In this document: positions 1-11,529 of the stretch, one piece after another | Position numbering within the stretch: position 1 is the stretch's first letter | Layout: every line of letters starts with the position of its first letter | From: Stegostoma tigrinum | Lineage: Eukaryota | NCBI RefSeq assembly: GCF_030684315.1 | Contig: NC_081387.1 | Location: forward strand, 5,064,497-5,128,496 | DNA: 64,000 bases | Reading direction: 5' to 3' | Notes under the pieces: model-generated | Told to the model about the DNA's origin: nothing | What the model saw: the letters and a program-made list of their open reading frames with translations, nothing else | Databases searched by the model: none | Position numbers and translations under genes: made by a program

Positions 1-194
1 AATTTATCACAGCCAATCCACCTAAACTGCACATCTTTGGACTGTGGGAGGAAACCGGAGCACCCGGAGGAAACCCACGCAGACATGGGGAGAATGTGCA
101 AACTCCACACAGACAGTCACCTGAGGTGGGAATCAAACCCAGGTCCCTGGTGCTGTGAGGCTGCAGTGCGATCCACTGAGCCACCGTGCAGCCC
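1..194 (-). mobile_element. tRNA-derived V-SINE (HE1-like)
   Basis: Minus strand A box TGGCTCAGTGG, B box GGTTTGATTCC, then V-domain gtgtggagtttgcacattctcccc; related copies at about 5801-5990, 6114-6400 and 32058-32320 (+). Confidence 0.85.
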
Positions 195-432
195 TATTAG
201 CGCAGTGAAGGGATAGCCCAATCAGAAGTGAGCTACGCGCTGTTCATCATCTGCTGCTGTGGGAAGCAAATGCTGTAAAAAAAATTAAAATCGTCGGATC
301 ATTGGTCAGGAGTGAGCCAATCAACATAGGTCAGCCTATATAACAGTGTTAGGGGGTGGGGTGCGGAGGAGCACCACAGGATCATAGGAGTTGTGAAGGT
401 GATGTTTCAGCTCAGCTGATGCTGCCTGGCCT

Positions 433-1465
433 GAATCTGTGCTGACTTGTTCTAATCCAACCCTGCACTTCCAAGAACTTAGAAATCTCATCCTTACCGA
501 TGGATTCTAGAATTTTACCAACAGCCGAGGTTTGGCCAATCAGCCAATGATTTTCCATTTTTTGTCTTGATCCTTTCTTAAACAAGGGGTTACAACAGCA
601 ATTTTCCAATCATCTGGGACTTTCCCTGACTTCAGTTTGAGATTCATGACTATAGGCTGACCTAGAGATAGTAACAACTATTGATACTGGAGTCAGAGAT
701 AACACGTGTCCCAGATGATTCGGAAATTGCTGTTGTAACCCCTTGTTTAAGAAAGGATCAAGACAAAACATGGAAAATTATAGGCCAATTGGCCTAACCT
801 CGGTTGTTGGTAAAATTCTAGAATCCATCGTTAAGGATGAGATTTCTAAATTCTTGGCAGTGCAGGGTTGGATTAAAACAAGTCAGCATGGATTTAGTAA
901 GGGGAGGTCATGCCTGACAAACCTGTTAGAATTCTTTTGAAGAGGCAACAAGTAGGTTAGACCAAGGAAACCCAGTGGATGTCATCTGTCTAGACTTCCA
1001 AAAGGCCTTTGATAAGGTGCCTCACGGGAAGCTGCTGGGTAAGGTGAGGGCCCATGGTGTTTGAGGTGAGCCACTAGCATGGATTGAGGATTGGCTGTCT
1101 GACAGAAGGCAGAGAGTTGGGATAAAAGGCTCTTTTTCAGAATGGCAACTGGTGACAAGTGGTGTCCTGCAGGGTTCAGTGTTGGGGCCGCAGCTGTTCA
1201 CTTTATATATTAATGATCTAGATGAAGGGTCTGGGGACATTCTGGTGAAGTTTGCCAATGATACGAAGTTAGGTGGACAGGCAGGTAGTACTGAGGAGGT
1301 GGGGAGGCTGCAGAAAGAGTGGACCAGGCTGATGAAATTCAACGTGAGCAAATGTGAGGTCTTGCACTTTGGGAAAAAGAATACAGGCATGGACTATTTT
1401 GTAAACAGTGTGAAAATTCATAAAGCCGAAGTACAAAGGGATCTGGGAGTGTTGGTCCAGGATTC
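433..1465 (+). mobile_element. CR1 LINE ORF2 (RT) fragment with inverted duplicate of its 5' part
   Basis: NYRPIGLTS, QHGF, QGSVLGPQLF motifs; 433-620 is an inverted copy of 708-897. Confidence 0.9.
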
Positions 1466-3885
1466 TCATATCATCATCAAGATGTACAGCATGGAAACAG
1501 ACCCTTCGGTCCAACTCATCCATGCTGACCAGATATCCTAAGTTAATCTAGTCCCATTTGCCAGCATTTGGCCCACATCCCTCTAAATCCTTCCTATTCA
1601 TGATGTCTTCTGCTATCACCTCTCATTCTTCTAAGCTCTGATGAGTGGGGAGTAACACCCTCAACCTTTCCTCACGACAAACCCTTCATCATAGACAATC
1701 AACCTAATGTTCCTTCTCTGAACCATTTACAATCCAAGTATCATCTTGAATATTGCTGAAAGGAGACTCATTGTTTTTGTTTCTTACCCATCAGGACACT
1801 TGCAAGAATACCCAATAACACAAGGAACAATAATCTATGCTGCATGAGAATATGATGTTGATTGGTTGGCAACTGGATGCTGACTAGTGAAGCTGCTGCC
1901 AAGAACAGGGAGAAGTTATTTCTGCAAGCTCTTGTTTAAGTGAAAAGGCCAGAACATGTGATCTTTTTGGGGTTCTTCCTCACTGTGTTGGTCCAACAGG
2001 AATCTTATTACATGGGCCATCTACGTAGAGTGTTGCAGTGGGGTCCAAATGATACAATGAGAGTTCTGATAAGCAGATATTTAAATGGACACTAGCAACT
2101 CCAGTGTGGGTAAGTGGCCTTGATATTCTGAACTGTCCCCATCCAGAGGGTTAAAATGACCCCCATGCAGTTTGCAAGTTTCTCGACAGACATCTCTACC
2201 TTTCTTCAAAGGCATATTGAAACCATTGGTGGGCTGGAACTAATTGAAATGTTAGGGTTTTAGCTTACTAGCAACATGTGAGCATATGGAAGAAAAGTCA
2301 AAACACACTCTTTTCATGAATCAATCTCACATCTAAGTGTACCCTCCCACTTCACCCACCAACAGTCTTGTCTTTGTAAAAGTCAATACATCCGTTTATC
2401 TTTTTTTTTGTCTCTGTTTCTCCAGCAAGAGAAGTTATGGACACAGTTTTTATTCTGCTTTCAGTAATTCTCCTGGAGGTCATGACACTAAAACTAGTTA
2501 TATTTCCTTTCCTTAGAGATAGGAGTTTGAGGAAAATAACATAGCTCCAGCTATTCTGAATGAATGGTGGCCGTCCTGGCTTGGAATGAAGTACTCAATC
2601 CTCATTGTTTTGATGTGATGTGTACTGTGAGCTGTTGGCAATGTACAAACCGACCAGTCCAGCCTCGATGCGGTCTATGTTTTAAAATGTCCCTTATTTC
2701 CAAATACAACACTTAGAAATACCTCAATCCCAAAGTTTCTCTAACTTTAGATAATTCTGATCTTGCTAATGTTGACTTTGATTTGTGCACCATCTGTGCA
2801 GCCGTAACCTTGTATTCCTTGCTCTGTCTGAACACCCTATGATCTGTACGTCCTTGTTTTCAATGATCTGCCTGGACCGTTCGCAGAACAAAACTTTTCA
2901 CTGTACTTAGGTACATGTGACTACAATACATCTAATTGTTACCATGAAGCAAAGAAGTATCCAAAACCCTTCAAAAGCAACGGGTATATTACCATTTTAG
3001 GACTCTGTATGATTCTAACGAAGAGACTTGGTTACATTTGGGATGTTATTCAATGGATATGAATACAATTGGGATTGGTACTTTGGGGTACTATGAAACG
3101 GGAATGAGTATTGTATTTGCTTTATTGGTACAAAAACAAAAACAAAACCATTGGTATGTTGGATTTCTACACATAGAAGATGGGAAATGGGTTCTGGTAC
3201 ATTGAGATTTTGTTCAAAGCAAGTAATTATCTTCACATTAGTGAATGGATTTGTTACATCGATTTAAATTGATGCTAAATTCCAGTGGTGAAAAGAGTTA
3301 GCAAATTGACATTCAATACTTGGAACCAGTTTCCTCACTGTCCCTTTGTAATATAGTTATATTTCCTTGACTTAGTCATGCAACTCGTTACTTGAGTTTC
3401 CACTGCACCCTTCCTACCCAATAATATCTGTTATTATTTATACATTTCAGTAGCAAATTGGACACTGTTGCGAAAGAACTGATGTTATAAAGGGGATTAC
3501 TCACTTATTCTCAGTCATAATTGATGTAGAGTGTACATGCTATAACTGGGGCCTCAGGAACACACAAGCCATATAGTATGAACAGCATTCTATCACTGTC
3601 TGCTTCCTGCTGCTAATCAGACTCACACAGGATGCTAGTCTTTTTTGGATTTAAGCTCTGTCCACCAGAGCATGACGCATCAACACAACGGGCAATAAAA
3701 CAACAGATTCCACTCAGAAATAAATAGTAGTCAGATTCTGCAGACCCCTTCAGCCTGCAATGTCATTCAACTAGATCACAGCTGACCTTCTATCTCAATG
3801 CCATTTCCTGCACTGTCATTATTTCCCTTGATGTCTTTAATGTCTAGGCATCTATCCACCACTTCTGCATGGAGAAATTTTTCCC

Positions 3886-3899
3886 TGAAAGGGAAGACT

Positions 3900-3980
<81 letters not shown>

Positions 3981-4383
3981 GAATAGGCTTGAAATAGTTG
4001 TCGTTTCATTTAGACCACAGGACTAGCCTGACCATTAGGCAGCTGTCTGATGAAATTAGACAGGACTATTGGACAGAATAGCTGACAATATAGGTAGCTG
4101 ACTAAATTATCAAACTAAAATGACAGCCCATGATGTCCCCCGGGAAGTGACCATACTAGAAACAGGGATGGAGATAAACTGCTGATGATTGCTCGACAAG
4201 TTGTTTGTTTCAGTGTCGAAAAGGCTGTGACTTGTGCTCACGAATCAGAGTGAGTTTGGTATTCCCCCGTGTCTACCTAAAACTGCTCTCCCTGCATTTA
4301 CCGGTGACTGCTTGTAATAAACTCGCTTAAGCAAACCCCTCCGCCTCCGAGTTATTACTGCCTTCGAGGAGGTCGCTTTTACA
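3886..4383 (+). mobile_element. Probable solo LTR (ERV-like) containing a CA microsatellite
   Basis: Starts TGAAAG, ends TACA, AATAAA at about 4316, CpG-retaining, interrupts a CR1 tail fragment; TSD only imperfect (ttccc/ctcct). Confidence 0.45.
3902..3977 (+). repeat. (CA)38 microsatellite
   Basis: Direct reading. Confidence 0.98.
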
Positions 4384-4644
4384 CTCCTTACCTCATGTTC
4401 TAAGTGGCTTAGCTCTTATTTTGAAAGGGTCTAAACATTGGATGGATAGGAATATACGATCAGTTTTAGAAAGAAGATAAGCATTCTCGAATTTATTCAC
4501 AGGACGTGTGTGCTGACACTGCTTATTCCCAATTAATTTCTCTTCAGGAGGTACTGGTGAGCTCCTTTCTCGGACGGTCAGTATGGTAAAGTCTGTAGGA
4601 CTGCTCATGGCAATAAGTATGCCACCAATGTTTGCACCATTGGT

Positions 4645-5122
4645 GATAACAAGGTGTAGAGCTGGATGAACACAGCACGCCAAGCAGCATCTTAAGAGCA
4701 CAAAAACTGATGTTTCAGGCCCAGACCCTTCATCAGAAATGGGGGAGGGGAAGGGGATTCTGAAATAAATAGGGAGAGAGGGGGAGGCGGACCGAAGATG
4801 GATAGAGGAGAAGGTAGGTGGAGAGGAGACAGACAAGTTAAAGGGGCGGGGATGGAGCCAGTAAAGGTGAGTGTAGGTGGGGAGGCAGGGAGGGGACAGG
4901 TTAGTCTGGGGAGGGCGGACAGGTCAAGGGGGCAGGACGAGGCCAGCAGGTAGGAAACGGAGGCGCAGCCCGAGGCGGGCGGAGGGGACAGGCGGGACGA
5001 CGGACAGGCCAGGGAGGCGGAGACAACTGGGCTGGTTCTGGGATGCGGTAGGGGGAGGGTAGACTCCGAAGCCCGTGAAGTCCACACTGACATCATTGGG
5101 ATACAGGTTCCCAAGAGGAATA
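4645..5122 (-). mobile_element. Penelope-like element 3' fragment (family 1)
   Basis: Same terminal sequence as the copies at 23461 and 60790; hammerhead-like CTGATGA...GAAAC at about 4706-4740. Confidence 0.85.
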
Positions 5123-5790
5123 GGGTAGAGTCGTAATTAAGAAAGCGAATGTAATGCTGTTGTTTATCTCAAGAGGGTTGGAATATAAAAGCAGCGATGT
5201 GCTTCTGAGGCTTTATAAGGCTCTAGTTAGGCCCATTTAGAATACTGTCCAATTTTGGGCCCCACATCTCAGGAAGGACATACTGGTGCTGGAGCATGTC
5301 AGGTGGAGACTCACACGGATGATCCCTGGAATGGTAGGTTTAACGTATGATGAATGGCTAAGGATCCTCGGATTGTATTCATTACAGTCTAGAAGGTTGA
5401 GGGGAGATCTATTAGAAACTTACAAGATAATGTATGGTTTAGAAGGGGTGGACGCTAGGAAGTTGTTTCTGTTTGGAGGGGAGACTAGGACCTGTGGGCA
5501 CAGCCTTAAAATTAGAGGGGGTAAATTTAAAACTGAAATGAGGAAACATTTCTTCAGCCAGAGAGTGGTGGCCTGTGGAATTCATTGCCACGGAGTGCAG
5601 TGGAGGCTGGGACGTTAAATGTCTTCAGGGTAGAGATTGATAAATTCTTGATCTCACAAGGAATTAAGGGCTATGGGGAGAGTGCAGAGAAGTGGAGTTG
5701 AAATGCCCATCAGCCATGATTAAATGGTGGAGTGGACTCGATGGGCTGAATGTCCTTCCTTCCGCTCCTATGTCTTATGGTCTTATGGTC
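5123..5790 (+). mobile_element. CR1 LINE 3' end
   Basis: RRLRGDLLETYKI...TCGHSLK; tandem (tcttatgg)n tail. Confidence 0.9.
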
Positions 5791-6463
5791 TTAAATCATG
5801 AGTGGCACTGTGGTTCAATGATTGGCACTGTTGTCTCAGCTCTAGGAACCTCTGTTTCATTTTGGAGTTGGGTGACTTGCTGTGTTGAATTTGCACATTT
5901 TTCCCCTGCCTACATCCCCTCCCCCCCACCACACCATGGTGTATGTTTATGTAGGATGCTCTGGCTTCATCCCATGATCCAAATGGCCTCATCCTGCACT
6001 GGAGGGAGCACTATCATGCTCTACATCATCCTGCTTTCAAGGGGTTGGTGACCAATTAAAAGCAGGGGTCACATCAGTTCTGAAGAAGGGTAGAAATGTT
6101 AGCTTTATCTATATTGGCACAGTGCCTTAGTGATTAACCTATTGTCACACTTCACCAGATACCCAATCCCAGCCTTAAGCAGCTGTTTGTGTGGAGTTTA
6201 CATGTTTACTGTCTCCGTGTGGGCTCCCTCAGGGTGCTCTGGTTTCCTCTGACAGTCCAAAGATCTACAAGTCTAGGTGCATTGACCATGGGAAATGCAG
6301 GGTTACTGGGATGGAGTAGGTTGGTCTGTGTGGGATGCTCTTTGCAGAGTCTGCAATGTTGTGGACTTGTTGGACCAAATGGCCTGTTTTCATGCTGTAG
6401 GATACCAGACCTGCTGACTCCTTCCACAAATTTCTGTTTTTGGATCAGAAATCATTAACAGTT

Positions 6464-6650
6464 CCTAAGATTTTAGAGTAGATTTGTAGCTCAGGTTGTG
6501 GATGTTATAGTTGATTGGCTCACCGAGCTGGTTCACTGTTGTTCTGCAGATGTTTCATCGGAGGCTGCACTGATGATGTTACCCAGCAGGGTAATGAAGT
6601 GTCTGCGGAATGACAATGAACCAGCTCGGTGAGCCAACCAGCCAACCACA
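6464..6650. mobile_element. Palindromic Penelope-terminus mini-element with hammerhead-like core
   Basis: Perfect 21-bp inverted repeat 6515-6535/6617-6637; TSD aaatcat(t/c)aacagtt at 6449-6463 and 6651-6665; CTGATGA at 6570. Confidence 0.75.
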
Positions 6651-7859
6651 AAATCATCAACAGTTACCAGGCACAACATGATGGTGGCAGACAGGAAATT
6701 TAGCACATAGAAGGGAAGTATTCAGTCCATGGAATGTTATCTGTATGTGTGGAGTGGAGTCATTGAATGTGACCATAAGATGCAAGAGCACATATAGGTC
6801 ATTCAGCCCATCAATTCTGCTCCACCACTCAATGGTGCCCTTGCTCTAACCCTAACCATTCATGACTCATCTGATAATCATTCACTTCAACTGTGGTTTT
6901 TCCCATTGATTCCCTTACTGATTAAAATCTGTATTTCAGCCTTGAATATATTTAGTCACCCAGCTTCGACAACCCTCTCCAGTAAAGAATTTCAGTCACA
7001 GACCTCAGAAAAAATTTTGTCTGTCTTAAATGCTCAACTCCTTATTCTGAGACTTTCCTACAAAGTTGGGTGGTGGGGAGGTGGTGGTGGGAACTCCCTC
7101 CTTAAAATCTACCGTCAAGTCCCATAACGATCTTACATACATTTCAATAAGATATCCTCTCAATCTTCTAAACGCCAATAAGTACATATACATAATGTTT
7201 CCTCACAAGAATACCCAATGCTCAGGATCAAACCAGTGAACTTTGTCTAGATTGCCTCAAATTTCAATCTCTTTCCCTAGATAAGGGGTTCAAAACTGTT
7301 CACAGATTTTCAGCTGTAGTCTGACTGTTGCCTGGTATAGATTTAGCAAGACCTCCCCATTTGTATGCTCAATTCTCTTTGAAATAAAGCCCAGTATGAT
7401 TTACCCTCCCCATTAGCCATTGTATGCTAGCTTTGCTTAAAATTCACATGTGTGCCATGGGCATCATTGGCTGCTTGTTGCTAGTTGCTCTTGAAGGTGA
7501 TAGTGATCTGCTTTCTTGAACTGCTGCAGTCCATCTACAATAGGTAGACACAAATGCTGTCAAGGGCTGATAATACTACTTCACATAAAAACAAAAATGC
7601 TCATACTGAAAAGTCCTTACAATTACTTCAAAGGCTAGAATTATTCACCAACCCTACTGATCAATCAGCTGCTTTCTCTGCATTCATTCTGGTTCCTGAC
7701 ATCTTACTGTGTTTACCTCGCTGCAGGTAAGCCTCTCATTCGAGCTTCTTAACCTCACTCTCACATCTTACTTTGCAGTAAAATTTGCTTAAAGCCCCTC
7801 GTTTCCCCCTCTGCACTAAATTGCCACTTTGAATGTAGCTCTGTCTCTAACTGCCTGCT

Positions 7860-8470
7860 GTGGAGATGCCGGTGTTGGACTGGGGTGGACAAGGTCAGAA
7901 ATCACACAACATCAGGTTAGAGTCCAACAGGTTTATTTGAAATCACAAGCTTTCGGCGCCTTAGTCCTCTTTCAGGTGTTACTGAGAGAGGTAGTATCAG
8001 ACTCAGAATTTAGAGCTAACAGATCAAAAGTTCACCTAATTGAGGATGTACTAAACAAACCTAAGATGCTGTTAAATCTTTAATTAGTTGGAAGGTTTTA
8101 ATTGATTAATATGTATATGTAGAATTCTGAATTCCTTGTAAAGAAGAGCTGACATTTTAGGTCAGACAATGCATGTCAGGTATGAGATCTTGTTTAGAAT
8201 CTGTGTATTTTAGTTTGAAGTGGCTTNNNNNNNNNNNNNNNNNNNNNNNNNNNNNNNNNNNNNNNNNNNNNNNNNNNNNNNNNNNNNNNNNNNNNNNNNN
8301 NNNNNNNNNNNNNNNNNNNNNNNNNNNNNNNNNNNNNNNNNNNNNNNNNNNNNNNNNNNNNNNNNNNNNNNNNNNNNNNNNNNNNNNNNNNNNNACTGAA
8401 CTTACCAACAGCCTCTGCTCAGCAACTCTGCGTTGTTGTGTATCCTGAAGTTCACCTTGGAGGACATCCA
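7860..8470 (-). mobile_element. Penelope-like element 3' fragment (second family), interrupted by an assembly gap
   Basis: GIY-YIG C-terminal-like LQGELQDTQQRRVAEQRL; degenerate hammerhead cacCTGAAAGA...GAAAGCTTgtg at 7944-7978. Confidence 0.65.
8227..8394. other. Assembly gap (168 N)
   Basis: Run of N. Confidence 1.
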
Positions 8471-8639
8471 AATAAGCCATGTGCAAGTTGGCATAGGATA
8501 GATCAGATTTGAGAAATAAATTAATAAAATAGGAGAAGTGAGCTCCAGTTCTTAGGGTGTTGACACCAATATTGAGGAAAACGGGATCTTTACTCAAGGA
8601 GCACTCTCCACTTGCATAGTGCTGGTGTCAGTGATCTTG

Positions 8640-9640
8640 CCAACTACATAAAGAACTAGAGGAAATTTTAAATTGAAAAATGTGAGAAAAGGATCAAAAT
8701 TGGAAGATGTTATAAATAAAGAAAGAGTCAAGGCCAAATAGAAAGGTATTAATATTGAAAATTATAAACAGACTGTGACAGGAAGGAATAGAGTATGAGA
8801 CTTGGTCAACCAACAGATAAGATTAGGATTTACAAAGAGAGGAAAAGGATAAAACTGAGGTATCTGTATCTGAGTGCATATAGTATTCAAAACAAAACAG
8901 GTGAACAGATATCGCTAATTCACTTCCATTTGCACTATCTAGTAGCCATTATACAAACATCACTACAGAATGACATGGATTAGGACCTGAATCTTAACAG
9001 GTACAGGACAATTAATAATGACAGGGAAAATAGGAAAAGGTGATGGGCTAGCTGTGTTAGTTTTTGATGATAATAACACAATAGAGAGGATGGTCTCAAG
9101 TCAAGAAACTAAGATATGGAATAAGTTTGGGTAGAGATGAGAACTGATTAAGGTAAGAAACCACTTGTAGGAATTGTATACAGGTCCCTTAACAGTAACC
9201 ACATGTTAGGGTAGAGAATGAAGCAAGAAATGTGAGCTTGACAGAAAGGTATGATAGTAATCATGGGACCTTTTAAACCTACAGATAGATTAGAAATGTC
9301 AGATGGTAAAGGTAACCTAACTGAGGAATTCATCAAATATTTTTAAGATAATTTCTTAGAACAGCATTTTCTGGACTCAACCAGAGACCATGTTATACCA
9401 GACCTGGTATTGTGTAATGGGATAGCATTGACTAACTCAGGAAAAACTGCAGGTATCAGTGACCGAGGTATGATTGAGTATCATATTCAGTTTGAGGGAC
9501 AGAGGAGTGAGTATGAATCGACTTTTAAACAATTATGAGAGCGTGAAAGCAGAGCTGGCTAAAGTAAATGGACAAATTAGGTTGAAGAATAGGCTAATAG
9601 AGATGCCATGTCAGACATTTAAGGGAATATTTTAGATTTT
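8640..9640 (+). mobile_element. Degenerate CR1 ORF2 endonuclease region
   Basis: Remnants such as YLYLSAYSIQNK and VAIIQT, many stops. Confidence 0.7.
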
Positions 9641-9644
9641 TATT

Positions 9645-11520
9645 ATTCACTCAAGGGATGTGAGACATGGATGTTGCTGGCTGGCCAACATTTCTTCCCC
9701 ATCCCTAGTTGCCGTTGAGAAGGTGGTAGTGAGCTGCCTTCTTGAACCGCTGCAGTCCACCTGCTGTGAGGTGATCCACAATGCTATTTGGGAGGGTTTT
9801 CCAGGATTTTGACCAGTGACAGTGAAGGGACAGCGATATATTTCCAAGTCTGCCTGGTGAGTGGCTTGGAGGGGACCTTGAAGGTGGTGTGTTCCCATAT
9901 ACCTACTGCCCTTGTCCTTCTAGATGGATATGATTGAGTTTGGGAGGTGCTGACTGACGACCTTTGGTGAACTTCTGCAGTGCATCTTGTATATAGTACA
10001 CACTGCTGCTACCGAGCATTGGTGGTGGAGGGAGTGGATGTTTGTGGGTGTAGTGCCAATCAAGTTGGCTGTTTTGTCCTGGATGGAGTCAAGCATCTTA
10101 ACTATTGATGGGGCTGCACTCATCCAGGCAAGTGGGGAGTATTCCATTGCATTCCTGACTTGTGCCTTGAAGATGGTGGACAGGCTGTGGGGAGTCAGGA
10201 AGTAAGTTACTCGCTGCAGTATTCCTAGCTCTGGCCTGCTCTTATAGCCCTCGCGTTTATGTGGTGAGTCCAGTTGAGTTTCTGATCAATGGTCAACCCC
10301 AGGATATTGATAGTGGGGGATTCAATGATGGTAACAGCATTGAATGTCAAGGGGTGGTGGTTAGATTGTCTCTCATTGGTCATGATCATATCGTGGCATT
10401 TGTGTGGCGCAAATGTTATTTGCCACTTGTCAGCCCAAGCCTGGATATTGTCTGGATTTTGTTGCATTTGAACACAGTCTGCTTCGGTATCTGAGGGGTT
10501 GTGAATGGTGTTGAACATTGTGCACTCATTGGCAATCATCCCCACTTCTGGCCTTATAATGGAGGGAAGTCATTAATGAAGCGGATGAAGATGGTTGGGC
10601 CTGGGACACCACCCTGAGGAGTTAATGCAGAGATGTCCTGGAGCTGAGATGACTGACCTCCAATAACCATAACCACTTTCCTATGTGCCAGGTAAGACTC
10701 TAACCAATGGAGAGTTTGCCCCAATACTCATTAATTCCAATTTTACTAGGACTCCTTGGTGCCACATTCAGTCAAATGCAGCCTTGATACCATGAGCTGT
10801 CACTCTCACCTCGGCTCTGGAATTCGACTCTTTTATCCATGTTTGAACCAAGGCTGTAATGAGGTTAGGAGCTGAGTGGTCCTGATGGAACCCAAACTGG
10901 GCGTCACTGAGCAGGTTATTGCTGAGCAAGTGCTGCTTGATGGCCCTGTTACTGACACTTTCCATCACTACTGATGATCGAGAGGAGACGTTTGGGGTAG
11001 TAATTGGCTGCGTTGGATTTGTCCTACTTTTGTGTACAGGACATATCCTAGGCAATATTCCACATCTGTAAGGGAGATGTCAGTGTTGTAACGGTACTGG
11101 AATGGCTTGGCTAGGGGTGCGGCAAGTTCTGGAGCACAGGTCTTCAGTACTATTGTCGGAGTGTTGTCAGGGCCTGTAGCCTTTGCAGTGTCCAGTGTCT
11201 CCAATCATTTCTTGGTATTAGTGGAGTGAATTGATTTGGCTGAAGACTGGTATCTGTAATACTGGGGGCCACTGGAGGAGGCCGAGATGGATCATCCATT
11301 TGGCACTTCTGGCTTGAAAGTTGTTGCAAAAGCTTCAGCCTTGTCTTTTGCGCTGATGTGCTGGACTCTTCCATCATTGAGGATGGGGATATTTGTGGAG
11401 CCTCTTCCTCCAGTGAGTTGTTTATTCCTCCAACACTGTTCGTTACTGGCTACAGCAGGAATTTGGAGCTTAGATCTCAACCGTTCATTGTGGGATTGCT
11501 TAGCGCTGTTATCCATTGTT
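9645..11520 (-). mobile_element. CR1/L2-group LINE ORF2 3' half, degenerate
   Basis: KATGPDN, QFGF, KAAFD, WADKWQITFAPHKC, MEYSPLAW motifs across broken frames. Confidence 0.9.
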
Positions 11521-11529
11521 GTTCCTAAC

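Noticed and set aside
3776-4009. ORFs with (VC)n or (TH)n runs
   Set aside because: Translations of the CA microsatellite
7650-7735. Leader-like plus-strand exon ending CAG|GTAAG
   Set aside because: No in-frame ATG (stop upstream) and no downstream exons found; resembles a repeat 5' region
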